Assembly: GCA_043825875.1 (NCBI GenBank)
Contig: JBDRRF010000024.1
Coordinates: 24,759 to 88,758 of the forward strand
Direction of reading: 5' to 3'
Length of the DNA stretch: 64,000 nucleotides
DNA from: Pseudomonadota bacterium
GTDB taxonomy: Bacteria; Desulfobacterota; Desulfobacteria; Desulfobacterales; RPRI01
Shown here: positions 18,518 through 28,194 of the stretch, piece by piece
Layout: each line of letters begins with the position of its first letter
Numbering within the stretch: position 1 is the stretch's first letter
Program-made: the position numbers and the translations under genes
Notes under the pieces: model-generated
Told to the model about the DNA's origin: nothing
What the model saw: the letters and a program-made list of their open reading frames with translations, nothing else
Database searches by the model: none

Positions 18518-20152
18518 ATGGATTATTTCAGGATTTTAAATTTAAATAAGGAGCCTTTTTCAAACTCTCCTGAGCCGGAATTTTTCTTTCAATCCATGAA
18601 GCATTTAGGCTGTCTGCAAAAAATAGAACTTGCAGTGCGCCTCCGCCGGGGATTGAATGTAGTTCTCGGTGATGTAGGGACTGGAAAAACAACTCTTTGC
18701 AGGCAACTTATATTAAAATTTTCCGAATCCGAAGATGACAGCAATGATATCCAAACGCACCTTCTTATGGACCCTGGCTTTACAAGCTCTATTGAATTTT
18801 TGTCTGCAATAGCACAATCTTTTGGGATATCTTTGGCAAGTAATTTTGAAAGCGAATGGCAGTTTAAAGAAAATATAAAAAAATATCTTCTGCAAAAAGG
18901 AGTTGATGAGGCCAAAACAGTAGTTCTTATTATTGACGAAGGCCAAAAATTGCCGGATTTTTGTATCGAAATACTTCGGGAATTTCTCAATTATGAAACC
19001 AATGAATATAAACTGCTACAGATTATAATATTTGCACAAAAAGAATTTGAGCAGACTTTAAAAAAATATAAAAATTTTGCAGACAGAGTTAATCTTTATT
19101 ATTATTTAAAGCCATTAAATTTAAGAGAAACTTTTGGCATGGTCAGATACCGAATTGCTAAAGCCGGCGATACGGTAAAGACGCCTTCTTTGTTTACCTA
19201 TAGTGGTTTATGGGCGCTGTATTTTGCTACAAAAGGGTATCCGCGCAAAATTGTAACACTTTGCCATCAGGTTATGCTTGCATTAATTATTCAGAATCGT
19301 TCAAAAGCCGGCTGGTTTGAGGTCCGTTCCTGTGCAGGAAGGGTTTCTGTAATAAATAAAAAAGGTTTCGGACGGTCTATAGCGGCAACTATTGTTTTAT
19401 TTGCAATTATTCTCATATCGGCTTTATTTTTCATAGATACATCCGATATAAAGCCTTTGAAAAAGATATTGGAAATAGCAGAATATAACAAAATCATTCC
19501 GGCCAAAGAGATATCGAGCAAAGCAGAATATAATAAAATTATTCCTCTTATTCCTGTTGTTCAGGCAGAAGCTATTACAATGGATTTGACTGAGAATACA
19601 CCAACTAAAGAAACGATAGCGTCAATTCCACTGCAAATTCCGGGTCCGGAAAAAACTATGCCGGATCTTATCGGAAGGCTGACAATTAAAGACGGTGAAA
19701 TAGTTTGGCGAATCATGGAAGATATTTACGGAGAATTTAGCAACGAAGTATTTCAGAAAGTTGTACTTGCTAATTCCCATATTAAAAATCTTAATAAAAT
19801 TATGACCGGAGAGGTTTTGAACCTTCCGGCTATTCCTGCCGAATCAAATCCCCTGCCATCGGGAAAATATCTTGTGAGAGTGGCAGCTGATGAAGATCTC
19901 CGGAATATTTATGAGTTATTCAAGAGTTATAAAGAATTGCTGCCTTCTTTAGAGTTTCTTCCATACTGGAATAAAAGCGAAGGTATGGTTTTTGCTGTTT
20001 TTTTAAAGGATGGCTATGAAAATATGGAATCAGCTAAAACCATAATAGACAAACTGCCTTACGCCATTGCATCAAATGCAAAAATTTTCGAAAAATTGGA
20101 TGACGGCACATTGTTTTTTTTGCAGAGGTATCAGGAAAGGGCTAATAAATAA
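18518..20152 (+). CDS. ExeA/MshM-like AAA ATPase with TM and LysM/SPOR-like C-terminus
   Basis: EPFSNSP, GDVGTGKT, LIIDEGQ, GYPRKI; TM helix near aa 290. Confidence 0.85.
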   Translation: MDYFRILNLNKEPFSNSPEPEFFFQSMKHLGCLQKIELAVRLRRGLNVVLGDVGTGKTTLCRQLILKFSESEDDSNDIQTHLLMDPGFTSSIEFLSAIAQSFGISLASNFESEWQFKENIKKYLLQKGVDEAKTVVLIIDEGQKLPDFCIEILREFLNYETNEYKLLQIIIFAQKEFEQTLKKYKNFADRVNLYYYLKPLNLRETFGMVRYRIAKAGDTVKTPSLFTYSGLWALYFATKGYPRKIVTLCHQVMLALIIQNRSKAGWFEVRSCAGRVSVINKKGFGRSIAATIVLFAIILISALFFIDTSDIKPLKKILEIAEYNKIIPAKEISSKAEYNKIIPLIPVVQAEAITMDLTENTPTKETIASIPLQIPGPEKTMPDLIGRLTIKDGEIVWRIMEDIYGEFSNEVFQKVVLANSHIKNLNKIMTGEVLNLPAIPAESNPLPSGKYLVRVAADEDLRNIYELFKSYKELLPSLEFLPYWNKSEGMVFAVFLKDGYENMESAKTIIDKLPYAIASNAKIFEKLDDGTLFFLQRYQERANK

Positions 20153-20153
20153 A

Positions 20154-21866
20154 GTGACCATAATTTCTAAAAAGAAGCTGGGACAAATCCTTGTAGATGA
20201 AAAACTGATTACAGAAGAGCAGCTTAAAACCGCTCTTGCCGAACAGAAGAACAATAAATTGAAATTGGGGCAGTTTCTTATCAGGCGTGGAATAATTACC
20301 GAAGACCAGATGGTTGATCTTCTGGGCAGGCAGTTAAATATAAAAAAGTATCATCCGGATATTTATGCTCTTGATCTTGAATTGTCGCAGCTTATCTCCA
20401 TAGAGCATGCCCAGAAATACCGGCTGGTTCCGTTAAATAAAAAGGGGCGTCTTCTATCTATCGCAATGCTTGATCCGCTTGATATAAATGCCATAGATTT
20501 TATTGAGTCAACGACTAATTGTGAAGTTGAAGTAGTAATTTGTACCGAGCGTGAATTTAATAATTTAATAAGCGGACTTTATGGAATCCAGTCGGGTATC
20601 AGCGGCATACTGGAAAATATTAATGTTGAAACCAAACTGGTTGCCGAAAAAGAGGAAGAGGAAGTTTCTCAGGATTTGCAACTGGCTTATCTTCAGGATA
20701 TGGCCGGAGAGGCCCCGGTTATCAGAATTGTTAATTCCATTTTTGTGCAGGCCATCCGCGAAGGTGCCAGTGACATCCATATCAGTCCGCAGCAGGATAA
20801 TATTCAGGTACGTTTTCGTATAGACGGCAAACTGCATGAAGTGCCATCTCCTGTGAAATCAATGTTTTTGCCCATTGCAGCCAGAGTAAAGATACTTTCC
20901 AATGTGGATGTAACCGTAACAAGAGTACCACAGGACGGACGATTTACTCTTCGGATGGAAAATAAAGAAATCAATGTGCGCGCATCTTTTATACCTACAA
21001 TTTATGGTGAAAATATAGTATTGCGCCTTTTAGATACCAGCGCGGGTATTTATTCTCTGGATCGCCTTGGTATGAACAAGGAGGATACCGAGAAAATACG
21101 GTCTGCTATCAGCAAGCCTTATGGAATGATTTTAAGCACCGGTCCCACAGGAAGCGGTAAAAGCACAAGCGTTTATTCCCTGCTTAGTGAACTCAACAGC
21201 CCGGACAGAAATATTATGACTCTTGAAGACCCTGTCGAGTATCGTATCCAAAATATAAGACAGGTTCAGTTAAACACTAAAGCTGGAATGACATTTGCCA
21301 GCGGCCTCCGTTCGATCCTGCGTCAGGATCCTGACATAATTATGGTTGGAGAGATCAGGGATGCGGAAACATCGGCAATCGCAGTGCAAGCCGCCCAGAC
21401 CGGTCATCTGGTATTAAGCACGGTTCATACAAATAATTCCGTAGGAGCGATTACACGATTTATTGATATGGGTATAGAACCATTCCTTCTGTCTTCAACT
21501 CTTCTGTTATGCATTGCCCAGCGGCTGGTCAGAACCGTTTGCCCTTATTGCAGGGAGTCATATAATCCGCCGGAAAAAGTGCTTGCATCCTGGGGTGTTA
21601 AAAATTGGGATTCGGCTAATTTTCAGCGCGGTAAAGGATGCAACCAGTGCTTGAATACCGGATACAAAGGACGAACAGGTATATATGAAGTTCTGATTTG
21701 CGATGAACTTGTGCGCGATATGATTGTTAATAAAAAGCCGGCGCATGAAATTACCCTTAAATGCATAGAGGCAGGAACATTAAAAACTTTGCAATATGAT
21801 GCCGGGGAAAAGGCTCTTAAGGGAATAACAACTCTTGAAGAAGCCGGCTCGGCGGTAATGATGTAA
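20154..21866 (+). CDS. pilB: PilB/MshE extension ATPase with MshEN-like N-terminus
   Basis: GPTGSGKS, LRQDPD, GHLVLSTVH and two CxxC; GTG start at 20154 just after the upstream stop. Confidence 0.93.
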   Translation: MTIISKKKLGQILVDEKLITEEQLKTALAEQKNNKLKLGQFLIRRGIITEDQMVDLLGRQLNIKKYHPDIYALDLELSQLISIEHAQKYRLVPLNKKGRLLSIAMLDPLDINAIDFIESTTNCEVEVVICTEREFNNLISGLYGIQSGISGILENINVETKLVAEKEEEEVSQDLQLAYLQDMAGEAPVIRIVNSIFVQAIREGASDIHISPQQDNIQVRFRIDGKLHEVPSPVKSMFLPIAARVKILSNVDVTVTRVPQDGRFTLRMENKEINVRASFIPTIYGENIVLRLLDTSAGIYSLDRLGMNKEDTEKIRSAISKPYGMILSTGPTGSGKSTSVYSLLSELNSPDRNIMTLEDPVEYRIQNIRQVQLNTKAGMTFASGLRSILRQDPDIIMVGEIRDAETSAIAVQAAQTGHLVLSTVHTNNSVGAITRFIDMGIEPFLLSSTLLLCIAQRLVRTVCPYCRESYNPPEKVLASWGVKNWDSANFQRGKGCNQCLNTGYKGRTGIYEVLICDELVRDMIVNKKPAHEITLKCIEAGTLKTLQYDAGEKALKGITTLEEAGSAVMM

Positions 21867-21876
21867 TGGTATAATT

Positions 21877-23094
21877 ATGTCAAATTATTCATATCAGGCT
21901 ATAGACGCAAGAGGAGCTGTTGTTAAGGGTGATATAGAGGCTAACTCTTCCGATGAAGCGGCAAATATCATAGCTGATAAGGGCTATATCCCTTATGAGC
22001 TGAAAGAAAAGAAACTAAAAGCTGCCGAATCAGGCCTTATGCTAAGAATCAATCGCAGGGTTAAACTATCTGATTTAATAATATTTACCAAGCAGTTTCG
22101 GTCTTTGTTCAAGGCGGGGGTTCCTCTTGTAAGAATTTTCCAGGTTCTTGAAGCTCAAACTCAAAGCGATGCTTTAAAATATGCAATAGCTTCAATTTTA
22201 CAAAATATAAGGGAAGGAGTTGCTTTATCCGTTGCCATGGGCAACCATGAAAAAATCTTTTCGCCTTTATATTGCAGTATGGTAAGAGCAGGAGAGATGA
22301 GCGGAACTCTTCCGGAAGCTCTTGAACGTCTTATTTACATGATTGAACATGAAGGAAAAATCAAGTCGGATATTAAATCGGCCCTTCAGTATCCTATTAT
22401 GGTTACCATAGCCTTGACCGGTGCTTTTTTCTTTCTTTTAAACTTTGTTGTTCCAAGTTTTGCAAATAATTTTTCTAAGGCAGGAATTGATCTCCCACTG
22501 CCGACCCAAATAGCAATTACGCTTCATCATTTTGTATCAGACTACTGGTTTTTAATATTAGGTTGCATTATTGTGGTAATTTTTGCACTCTGGATCTGGC
22601 TTAAAACAGAAAACGGAAAGTATATAAAAGATTCTCTTATCTTAAGAATACCGGTAATTGGTCCGCTGTTCATAAAAGCCGCTATGTCACGTTTTGCAAG
22701 TATCTTTGGGATGTTACAATCAAGCGGCGTGCCTGTAATGAGTACTATGAAGATTTTGTCGGGAGTAATTGGCAATGCGGCCATTTCACGGGAATTTGAT
22801 CGTGTGCGCGATTATATGGGCGAAGGGCAGGGAATAGCCGTTACTTTGCAATCCGCACAATATTTCACGCCAATGGTTATTGACATGGTTGCTATAGGGG
22901 AGGAAACAGGAAATCTTGAAGAAATGCTTCATGAGGTATCACAGCATTATGATGAAGAGGTCTCTTATGCAGTCAAGGGGCTCTCGGAATTTATAGGGCC
23001 TATTCTAATTGTAGGTCTTGCGGCTGTTGTAGGATTTTTTGCACTCGCCATATTCATGCCTATGTGGGATATGACAAAGATGGTACAGCACTGA
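21877..23094 (+). CDS. pilC: PilC/MshG platform protein (GspF family)
   Basis: AGEMSGTL, ALQYP, GEETGNL motifs. Confidence 0.93.
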   Translation: MSNYSYQAIDARGAVVKGDIEANSSDEAANIIADKGYIPYELKEKKLKAAESGLMLRINRRVKLSDLIIFTKQFRSLFKAGVPLVRIFQVLEAQTQSDALKYAIASILQNIREGVALSVAMGNHEKIFSPLYCSMVRAGEMSGTLPEALERLIYMIEHEGKIKSDIKSALQYPIMVTIALTGAFFFLLNFVVPSFANNFSKAGIDLPLPTQIAITLHHFVSDYWFLILGCIIVVIFALWIWLKTENGKYIKDSLILRIPVIGPLFIKAAMSRFASIFGMLQSSGVPVMSTMKILSGVIGNAAISREFDRVRDYMGEGQGIAVTLQSAQYFTPMVIDMVAIGEETGNLEEMLHEVSQHYDEEVSYAVKGLSEFIGPILIVGLAAVVGFFALAIFMPMWDMTKMVQH

Positions 23095-23095
23095 T

Positions 23096-24433
23096 ATGAA
23101 AAAGAAAAATTTTCAAGTTAGTTTATACCTTTTAGTACCGTTTACACTGAGCGGACTTTCACTTTTGTGTGTAATTTTAACAGGCCACATTGTACATAAA
23201 TATGATGTAGAGGTTTACCTTACTTCAGTATTTATATTATGGGAGACTCTAATCTTTATTATCACTTTTATGGTAAGTATGTTGATTACCTGGCTTTTAT
23301 TAAGACCTGTTGCCAATTTTATTAAAAAGGCGGAAAAACTTCCTGTTTTCCCCAAGTCATCAATAAAAAGAGATTCCGGAACAAAAGATGTTTTGGAACA
23401 TTACACTCAGGTATTTGATCAGATTACAAATATTTTGGGTAAAGTTGAAGCTAAAGAACTGTTTCCCAAAATTGTTGGCCAGAGTAAAGTAATGAGAGGG
23501 ATTTTTACTCAGCTTTTAAAAGTTGCGCCAACGGATTCCACTGTTCTTATTTTAGGTGAAAGCGGTACCGGTAAAGAACTTTTAGCTGAAAGCATATTTG
23601 AACACAGCCTTCGCAATAAAAGTCCGTTTATCAAAATTAATTGTGTTGCAATACCGGAAAATTTACTTGAAAGTGAACTTTTCGGTCATGAAAAAGGTGC
23701 TTTTACCGGTGCAACATCCCAGAAAATCGGTAAATTTGAAATTGCCGATGGTGGCACAGTGTTTCTTGATGAAATCGGTGATATGCCGCTTTCTACTCAG
23801 GCTAAGATATTGCGCATTTTGCAGGAAAAAGAGTTGCAGAGAGTTGGAAGCACCAAAACAATAAATGTTGATATCCGGTTTGTTGTGGCAACAAATAAGG
23901 ATCTTCCTGAAATGGTAAAGAAAGGGCTGTTTAGGGAAGACCTGTATTACCGGATTAATGTTTTTTTGATACGATTACCTTCGTTAAGAGAAAGAAAAGA
24001 GGATATACCTTATCTATCGGAGACATTTCTTGAAAATAATGCAAAATCGGTAACACTTTCAAGCAAGGCACTTCAATTGATGACTGCATACAATTGGCCG
24101 GGAAATATTAGAGAGTTGAAAAATACAATAGAAAGAGCAGCCGTACTAACTGAAACCGATTTGATTGAACCGGTGCACCTTCCTTCAAGCATTACAAAAG
24201 ATATTTCAGCAACCAATATTATAAATGAATTGGCTCCGGAAAACATGTCTATAGACGACCGTCTCCACGAAATTGAAAAGGGATTAATCATTGAAGCTAT
24301 AAACCGTACAGGGGGTGTTCAAATAAGAGCTGCTGAACTCTTGGGTATCAATCAGAGAAGTCTATGGCATCGTATAAAAAAGTATGAAATTGATGTTACA
24401 GCATTAAAACAATCTACAAAAAATGTAGATTAA
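23096..24433 (+). CDS. Membrane-anchored sigma-54 activator (2 TM + AAA+ + HTH)
   Basis: Two N-terminal hydrophobic helices and no receiver domain; GESGTGKE, GAFTGA, WPGNIREL, HTH. Confidence 0.9.
   Translation: MKKKNFQVSLYLLVPFTLSGLSLLCVILTGHIVHKYDVEVYLTSVFILWETLIFIITFMVSMLITWLLLRPVANFIKKAEKLPVFPKSSIKRDSGTKDVLEHYTQVFDQITNILGKVEAKELFPKIVGQSKVMRGIFTQLLKVAPTDSTVLILGESGTGKELLAESIFEHSLRNKSPFIKINCVAIPENLLESELFGHEKGAFTGATSQKIGKFEIADGGTVFLDEIGDMPLSTQAKILRILQEKELQRVGSTKTINVDIRFVVATNKDLPEMVKKGLFREDLYYRINVFLIRLPSLRERKEDIPYLSETFLENNAKSVTLSSKALQLMTAYNWPGNIRELKNTIERAAVLTETDLIEPVHLPSSITKDISATNIINELAPENMSIDDRLHEIEKGLIIEAINRTGGVQIRAAELLGINQRSLWHRIKKYEIDVTALKQSTKNVD
24411..24431. promoter_or_regulatory. Candidate enhancer palindrome for the pilin promoter
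   Basis: AATCTACA-AAAAA-TGTAGATT, about 200 bp upstream of a sigma-54 promoter. Confidence 0.55.
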
Positions 24434-24625
24434 GCGCAAAAATATGTATAATTCTCCTTCTTAAGGGTTGGATGCTAATAAATTTGTTCATATTATTGTT
24501 GAAAAATATATCCTTTATTAGTTATTATCATTATATTGTATATCAATCATTTAAACATAACAATATATATGAAATATAGTTTTTTTGCCCTTTGGCAAAT
24601 GATATTTTTTAATAATCAGCTTAAT

Positions 24626-24641
24626 TGGCATAGGATGTGCT
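24626..24641 (+). promoter_or_regulatory. Sigma-54 promoter of the major pilin
   Basis: TGGCATAGGATGTGCT (GG-N10-GC). Confidence 0.8.
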
Positions 24642-24748
24642 TTAAAAATTAGTCAGAGAATGAAATAAGTTAAAGAATAAGTTTTAAAAGGAGAAATGAA
24701 ATGGGGGAAGTTTTAAAACGGGGGCAAAAAGCAGCAGGAGGTTTTAAT

Positions 24749-25201
24749 ATGAAAGCCAAAAATAAAATTACAAACACGATAAAAAACGAAGAAGGCTTTA
24801 CACTGATTGAAATAATAGCCGTTCTCGTTATTTTGGGCATCTTGGCTGCAGTTGCAATTCCCAAATATCTGGATATGCGTACCGAGGCTATTACTAAATC
24901 AGCCGGTTCGGCCAATACCGAGTTGAATGCACGGGAACGTTTAAAACTGGCGGAATGGAAATTAAACGATGGTATAGGCGATTACCCCGGACCATTAGAT
25001 TCTGCAGTTGTAGCGCCAACAGGGAAAACAATACAACCTGTTGATACAGCATTGGGCGATGATTGGAATGCTGGTGTAGCTATAGCATCGGGTGCGGCAG
25101 GCAAGTTTGCACATCAGGGGAAATTTATTACCTTTACTAGAACACCACAACCCTCCTCGGATGAACCAGGGAGTTGGGTTGTAGTAGTAAGTGATAGCTA
25201 A
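24749..25201 (+). CDS. pilA: Major type IV pilin (PilA/MshA-like)
   Basis: Class III signal EG|FTLIEIIAVLVILGILAAVAIP; AGGAGG RBS. An alternative in-frame start lies at 24701. Confidence 0.88.
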   Translation: MKAKNKITNTIKNEEGFTLIEIIAVLVILGILAAVAIPKYLDMRTEAITKSAGSANTELNARERLKLAEWKLNDGIGDYPGPLDSAVVAPTGKTIQPVDTALGDDWNAGVAIASGAAGKFAHQGKFITFTRTPQPSSDEPGSWVVVVSDS

Positions 25202-25432
25202 GTTTTTTACAACTCCGCAAAAAGCTGTAGCTCCGTTTAAAACCGGAGCTAATGGTGGCAATATTATCTGAAGAAACAAGATTTCAGCTTTAGCTGAAAT
25301 GAAAATAAATAATAACTTCAAGATAGTTAATTATGTAAAATTGGTGTAATGGATTACTATTCATTAATTTAAAAGAAAGATTTGTAAAGACTTAAAACAG
25401 ATAGAATAGAAAAAAATTCAAGTATATTGTAT

Positions 25433-25514
25433 CCGTCATTCCGTCGACGATCTGAATCTAGTTATATCAATTGCTACCCGATTGTATAGATTCCGGTTTT
25501 CACCGGAGTGATGG
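25433..25514. repeat. Degenerate REP-like palindrome
   Basis: CCGTCATTCCG...GAATCTA pairs imperfectly with TAGATTCCGG...CCGGAGTGATGG. Confidence 0.55.
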
Positions 25515-25608
25515 CTTTATACTAATTCGTAATAATTAGCCGTATGATTTAACCCCTTCACAACAACATCCATCCGTGACTATCGCAAACTTTTCGTATA
25601 ATGATTCC

Positions 25609-25648
25609 TTGACAATGGCGCATAAAAGGCGTATTATCAGCGCATAAA
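25609..25648 (+). promoter_or_regulatory. Sigma-70 promoter and operator of the TA operon
   Basis: TTGACA-17-TATTAT with GCGCATAAA repeated at 25618 and 25640. Confidence 0.7.
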
Positions 25649-25663
25649 TCAGGAGGGATACTT

Positions 25664-25915
25664 ATGCCAAAAGGCAAAATAAATATTACCATGGACAGGG
25701 ATTTAATCGAATATGCGAAGACTTATGCAGAAGAACAGCGGACGACTGTTTCTGAAGTCTTCACGCAATTTGTCCTCAATGTGAAAAGAGTAAGGGAAGG
25801 TGATAATACTGAAATAATCATGGCAGATTCGGACTTCAGGGACGGCCTTCTGGAAACGATATCAAGGGTTAGGACCGGGGATATTAAATGGCACCGTTAT
25901 GATGAGGTGTTTTAG
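25664..25915 (+). CDS. Ribbon-helix-helix-type antitoxin
   Basis: KINITMD...AKTYA...TVSEV RHH pattern, acidic tail ending YDEVF; overlaps the toxin start. Confidence 0.75.
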   Translation: MPKGKINITMDRDLIEYAKTYAEEQRTTVSEVFTQFVLNVKRVREGDNTEIIMADSDFRDGLLETISRVRTGDIKWHRYDEVF

Positions 25916-26229
25916 TGGACGTTCGATTTACCGATACTTTTTTAGATTCCTTGAAGAAACATGCTTCTCTAAAGAGCGCTGTTCAAAAAAAAGTAGATAT
26001 GATCATGATGAATCCGGTTCAGATAGGAGAGCCGCTGAAGGGTAATTTCAGGGGTTATTACAGTTGTTCAGTAAAAAAAAATTTCATTATCATTTACCTG
26101 TACTGCATGATTTGCCGCAGGAAAAAAGATCAGGAAATAGTACTTTGTCATGATTGTGTAACATGCGGGGACGAAACTATTAAATTTATTGCGCTTGGTC
26201 CTCATGACAAAACTTATTGGAAAAGATAG
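25915..26229 (+). CDS. RelE/ParE-superfamily toxin with Cys-rich insertion
   Basis: FTDTF...NPVQIGEPLKGNFRGYYS...IIY...LGPHD pattern of the RelE fold. Confidence 0.72.
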   Translation: MDVRFTDTFLDSLKKHASLKSAVQKKVDMIMMNPVQIGEPLKGNFRGYYSCSVKKNFIIIYLYCMICRRKKDQEIVLCHDCVTCGDETIKFIALGPHDKTYWKR

Positions 26230-26410
26230 AAATTATACTTGCAAACTAATGTGATTAGTTCCATTTTGCGAACCCATCAGGCAACGTAAAATGCCTCAAA
26301 TCTAACATATAAATCATAATATACCAAATAGTTATATGTATTAATCAAAATTTATGGAATTGCAATCCAAATATTTTGACAAATTTATGGAATTGATGTA
26401 ATGACTGAAT

Positions 26411-27535
26411 ATGATCAAACGAAAGTATGACATTGCCGAATTTATTAAACCCCAAAAGGTTCTGGTAATCTTTGGTCCAAGGCGGGTGGGTAAGACCACC
26501 TTGCTAAATGATTTCTTATCCCGCACCACCCTGAAATTCAAACTTGATTCCGGTGATAATATTCAAATCCAGCAGGTATTAAGCTCTCAGGATTTCAAAC
26601 AGATACTTGACTATGCAGCAGGTTACGACCTCATTGCCATAGATGAAGCCCAACAGATCCCAAACATTGGCATGGGATTGAAGATTTTGGTGGATCAAAT
26701 GCCGAATTTAATCATTATTGCAACCGGATCTTCCGCTTTTGATCTGTCAGGGGCTATCGGTGAACCTTTGACCGGCAGAAAGACCACGCTTGTCCTGTAT
26801 CCCTTAGCCCAACTGGAGTTGCTTAACCATTACAATGCATTTGAGCTGAAACTTATACTTGAGGATTTTCTGATTTATGGTTCTTATCCGGAGGTCGTTA
26901 CCGCTCAGGCCAGCCGGGACAAAATCGCCCTTCTGGAAGAACTGGTAAATTCCTATCTATTAAAAGATATTCTTAAACTTGACAGGATCAAGGGGGCAAA
27001 GTTGCTTATGGATCTTTTGAAACTGCTTGCCTTTCAGATCGGCGCTCAGGTATCATTAAATGAGCTAGCCACACAGCTTCGGATTGATGTGAAAACAGTA
27101 GGGCGTTATCTGGATATCTTTGAAAAGGCATTTGTTATCAAGAGGATCGGTGGATTCAGCCGGAATCTTCGCTCGGAGGTTGTCAGCAAGGCAAAATATT
27201 ATTTTCTTGATAACGGGATTCGCAATGCCGTTATTTCCCAATTCAATTCCATTGATAACCGAAATGATATTGGCCAGTTATGGGAAAATTTTCTTGTAAC
27301 GGAACGATTAAAAAAATGCGCATATCATGACCTGTACGGCTCCTTTTATTTCTGGAGAACTTACGCTGGCCAGGAATTGGACTGGGTGGAAGAGCGGGAA
27401 GGTCGCCTTTTGGGTTATGAGTTCAAATGGTCGGAAAACAAGAGAAGGAAGCAGCCCAAAGATTGGCTGAAGACCTACGGCAATGCTGAGTTCCAAACAA
27501 TAAACCGGAAAAACTACGCTGAATTCATTTTATAA
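26411..27535 (+). CDS. AAA_14 ATPase with C-terminal DUF4143-like (PD-(D/E)xK-type) domain
   Basis: GPRRVGKT, IDEAQ, TGSS, KYYFLDNG, FWRT..QELDWV...EFKW. Confidence 0.88.
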   Translation: MIKRKYDIAEFIKPQKVLVIFGPRRVGKTTLLNDFLSRTTLKFKLDSGDNIQIQQVLSSQDFKQILDYAAGYDLIAIDEAQQIPNIGMGLKILVDQMPNLIIIATGSSAFDLSGAIGEPLTGRKTTLVLYPLAQLELLNHYNAFELKLILEDFLIYGSYPEVVTAQASRDKIALLEELVNSYLLKDILKLDRIKGAKLLMDLLKLLAFQIGAQVSLNELATQLRIDVKTVGRYLDIFEKAFVIKRIGGFSRNLRSEVVSKAKYYFLDNGIRNAVISQFNSIDNRNDIGQLWENFLVTERLKKCAYHDLYGSFYFWRTYAGQELDWVEEREGRLLGYEFKWSENKRRKQPKDWLKTYGNAEFQTINRKNYAEFIL

Positions 27536-27687
27536 AAACCAAAGAAATTCGGAGTATGAAGAATGTCCCGGGCAACTGTGGGGTACATTTAGAAATAATA
27601 ATTATTAAGAAAAATCCAAATGCGGTTACCATGGCAAAATCATTTGTAAAAATTGATTTTATTTTGAAAGTTTGATATCATTTGACC

Positions 27688-28194
27688 ATGAAACGAGCTG
27701 GTAAAATATACATAAATCAACATGGCTTTACGGTGATCGAACTGGTGGTTGTATTAATCCTTCTTGCCATTTTTGCAACCGTTGTTGTCAGCAGATTCGG
27801 ATCAACTGGTGCGGAACTAATCACCAATACGGATATTTTAAAATCTAATCTGCGCTATGCCCAGATCAAGGCTATGAATGATACTGAAACATGGGGTATA
27901 AATTTTTCAAGCAGTACCACATACACTCTTTACAGAAATGGAATTAAAGCTGTAAATCCGTTTTATCTTCCTGCCGAAGACAACAATAATCCTGCCGGAG
28001 ATCCTTTAATACATACACTTACAGGTAATGTAACAATTACATCAGGTGTTGGTACAACAATATCTTTCAATGAATGGGGGACTCCTGTGGATGGTTCGGG
28101 TGTTCCTTTATCCGCAGATGTCACAATTACATTGTCAGACGGCTCGCAAACCATCGACATAACCATAACAAAAAACACGGGATGTATTCTATGA
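27688..28194 (+). CDS. Minor pilin (FimT/MshC-like)
   Basis: HG|FTVIELVVV class III signal; LRYAQIKAM. Confidence 0.85.
   Translation: MKRAGKIYINQHGFTVIELVVVLILLAIFATVVVSRFGSTGAELITNTDILKSNLRYAQIKAMNDTETWGINFSSSTTYTLYRNGIKAVNPFYLPAEDNNNPAGDPLIHTLTGNVTITSGVGTTISFNEWGTPVDGSGVPLSADVTITLSDGSQTIDITITKNTGCIL

Noticed and set aside
24696..24716. Mini-ORF MKWGKF after AGGAG upstream of the pilin
   Set aside because: Too short to support; the RBS may serve the in-frame 24701 start instead.
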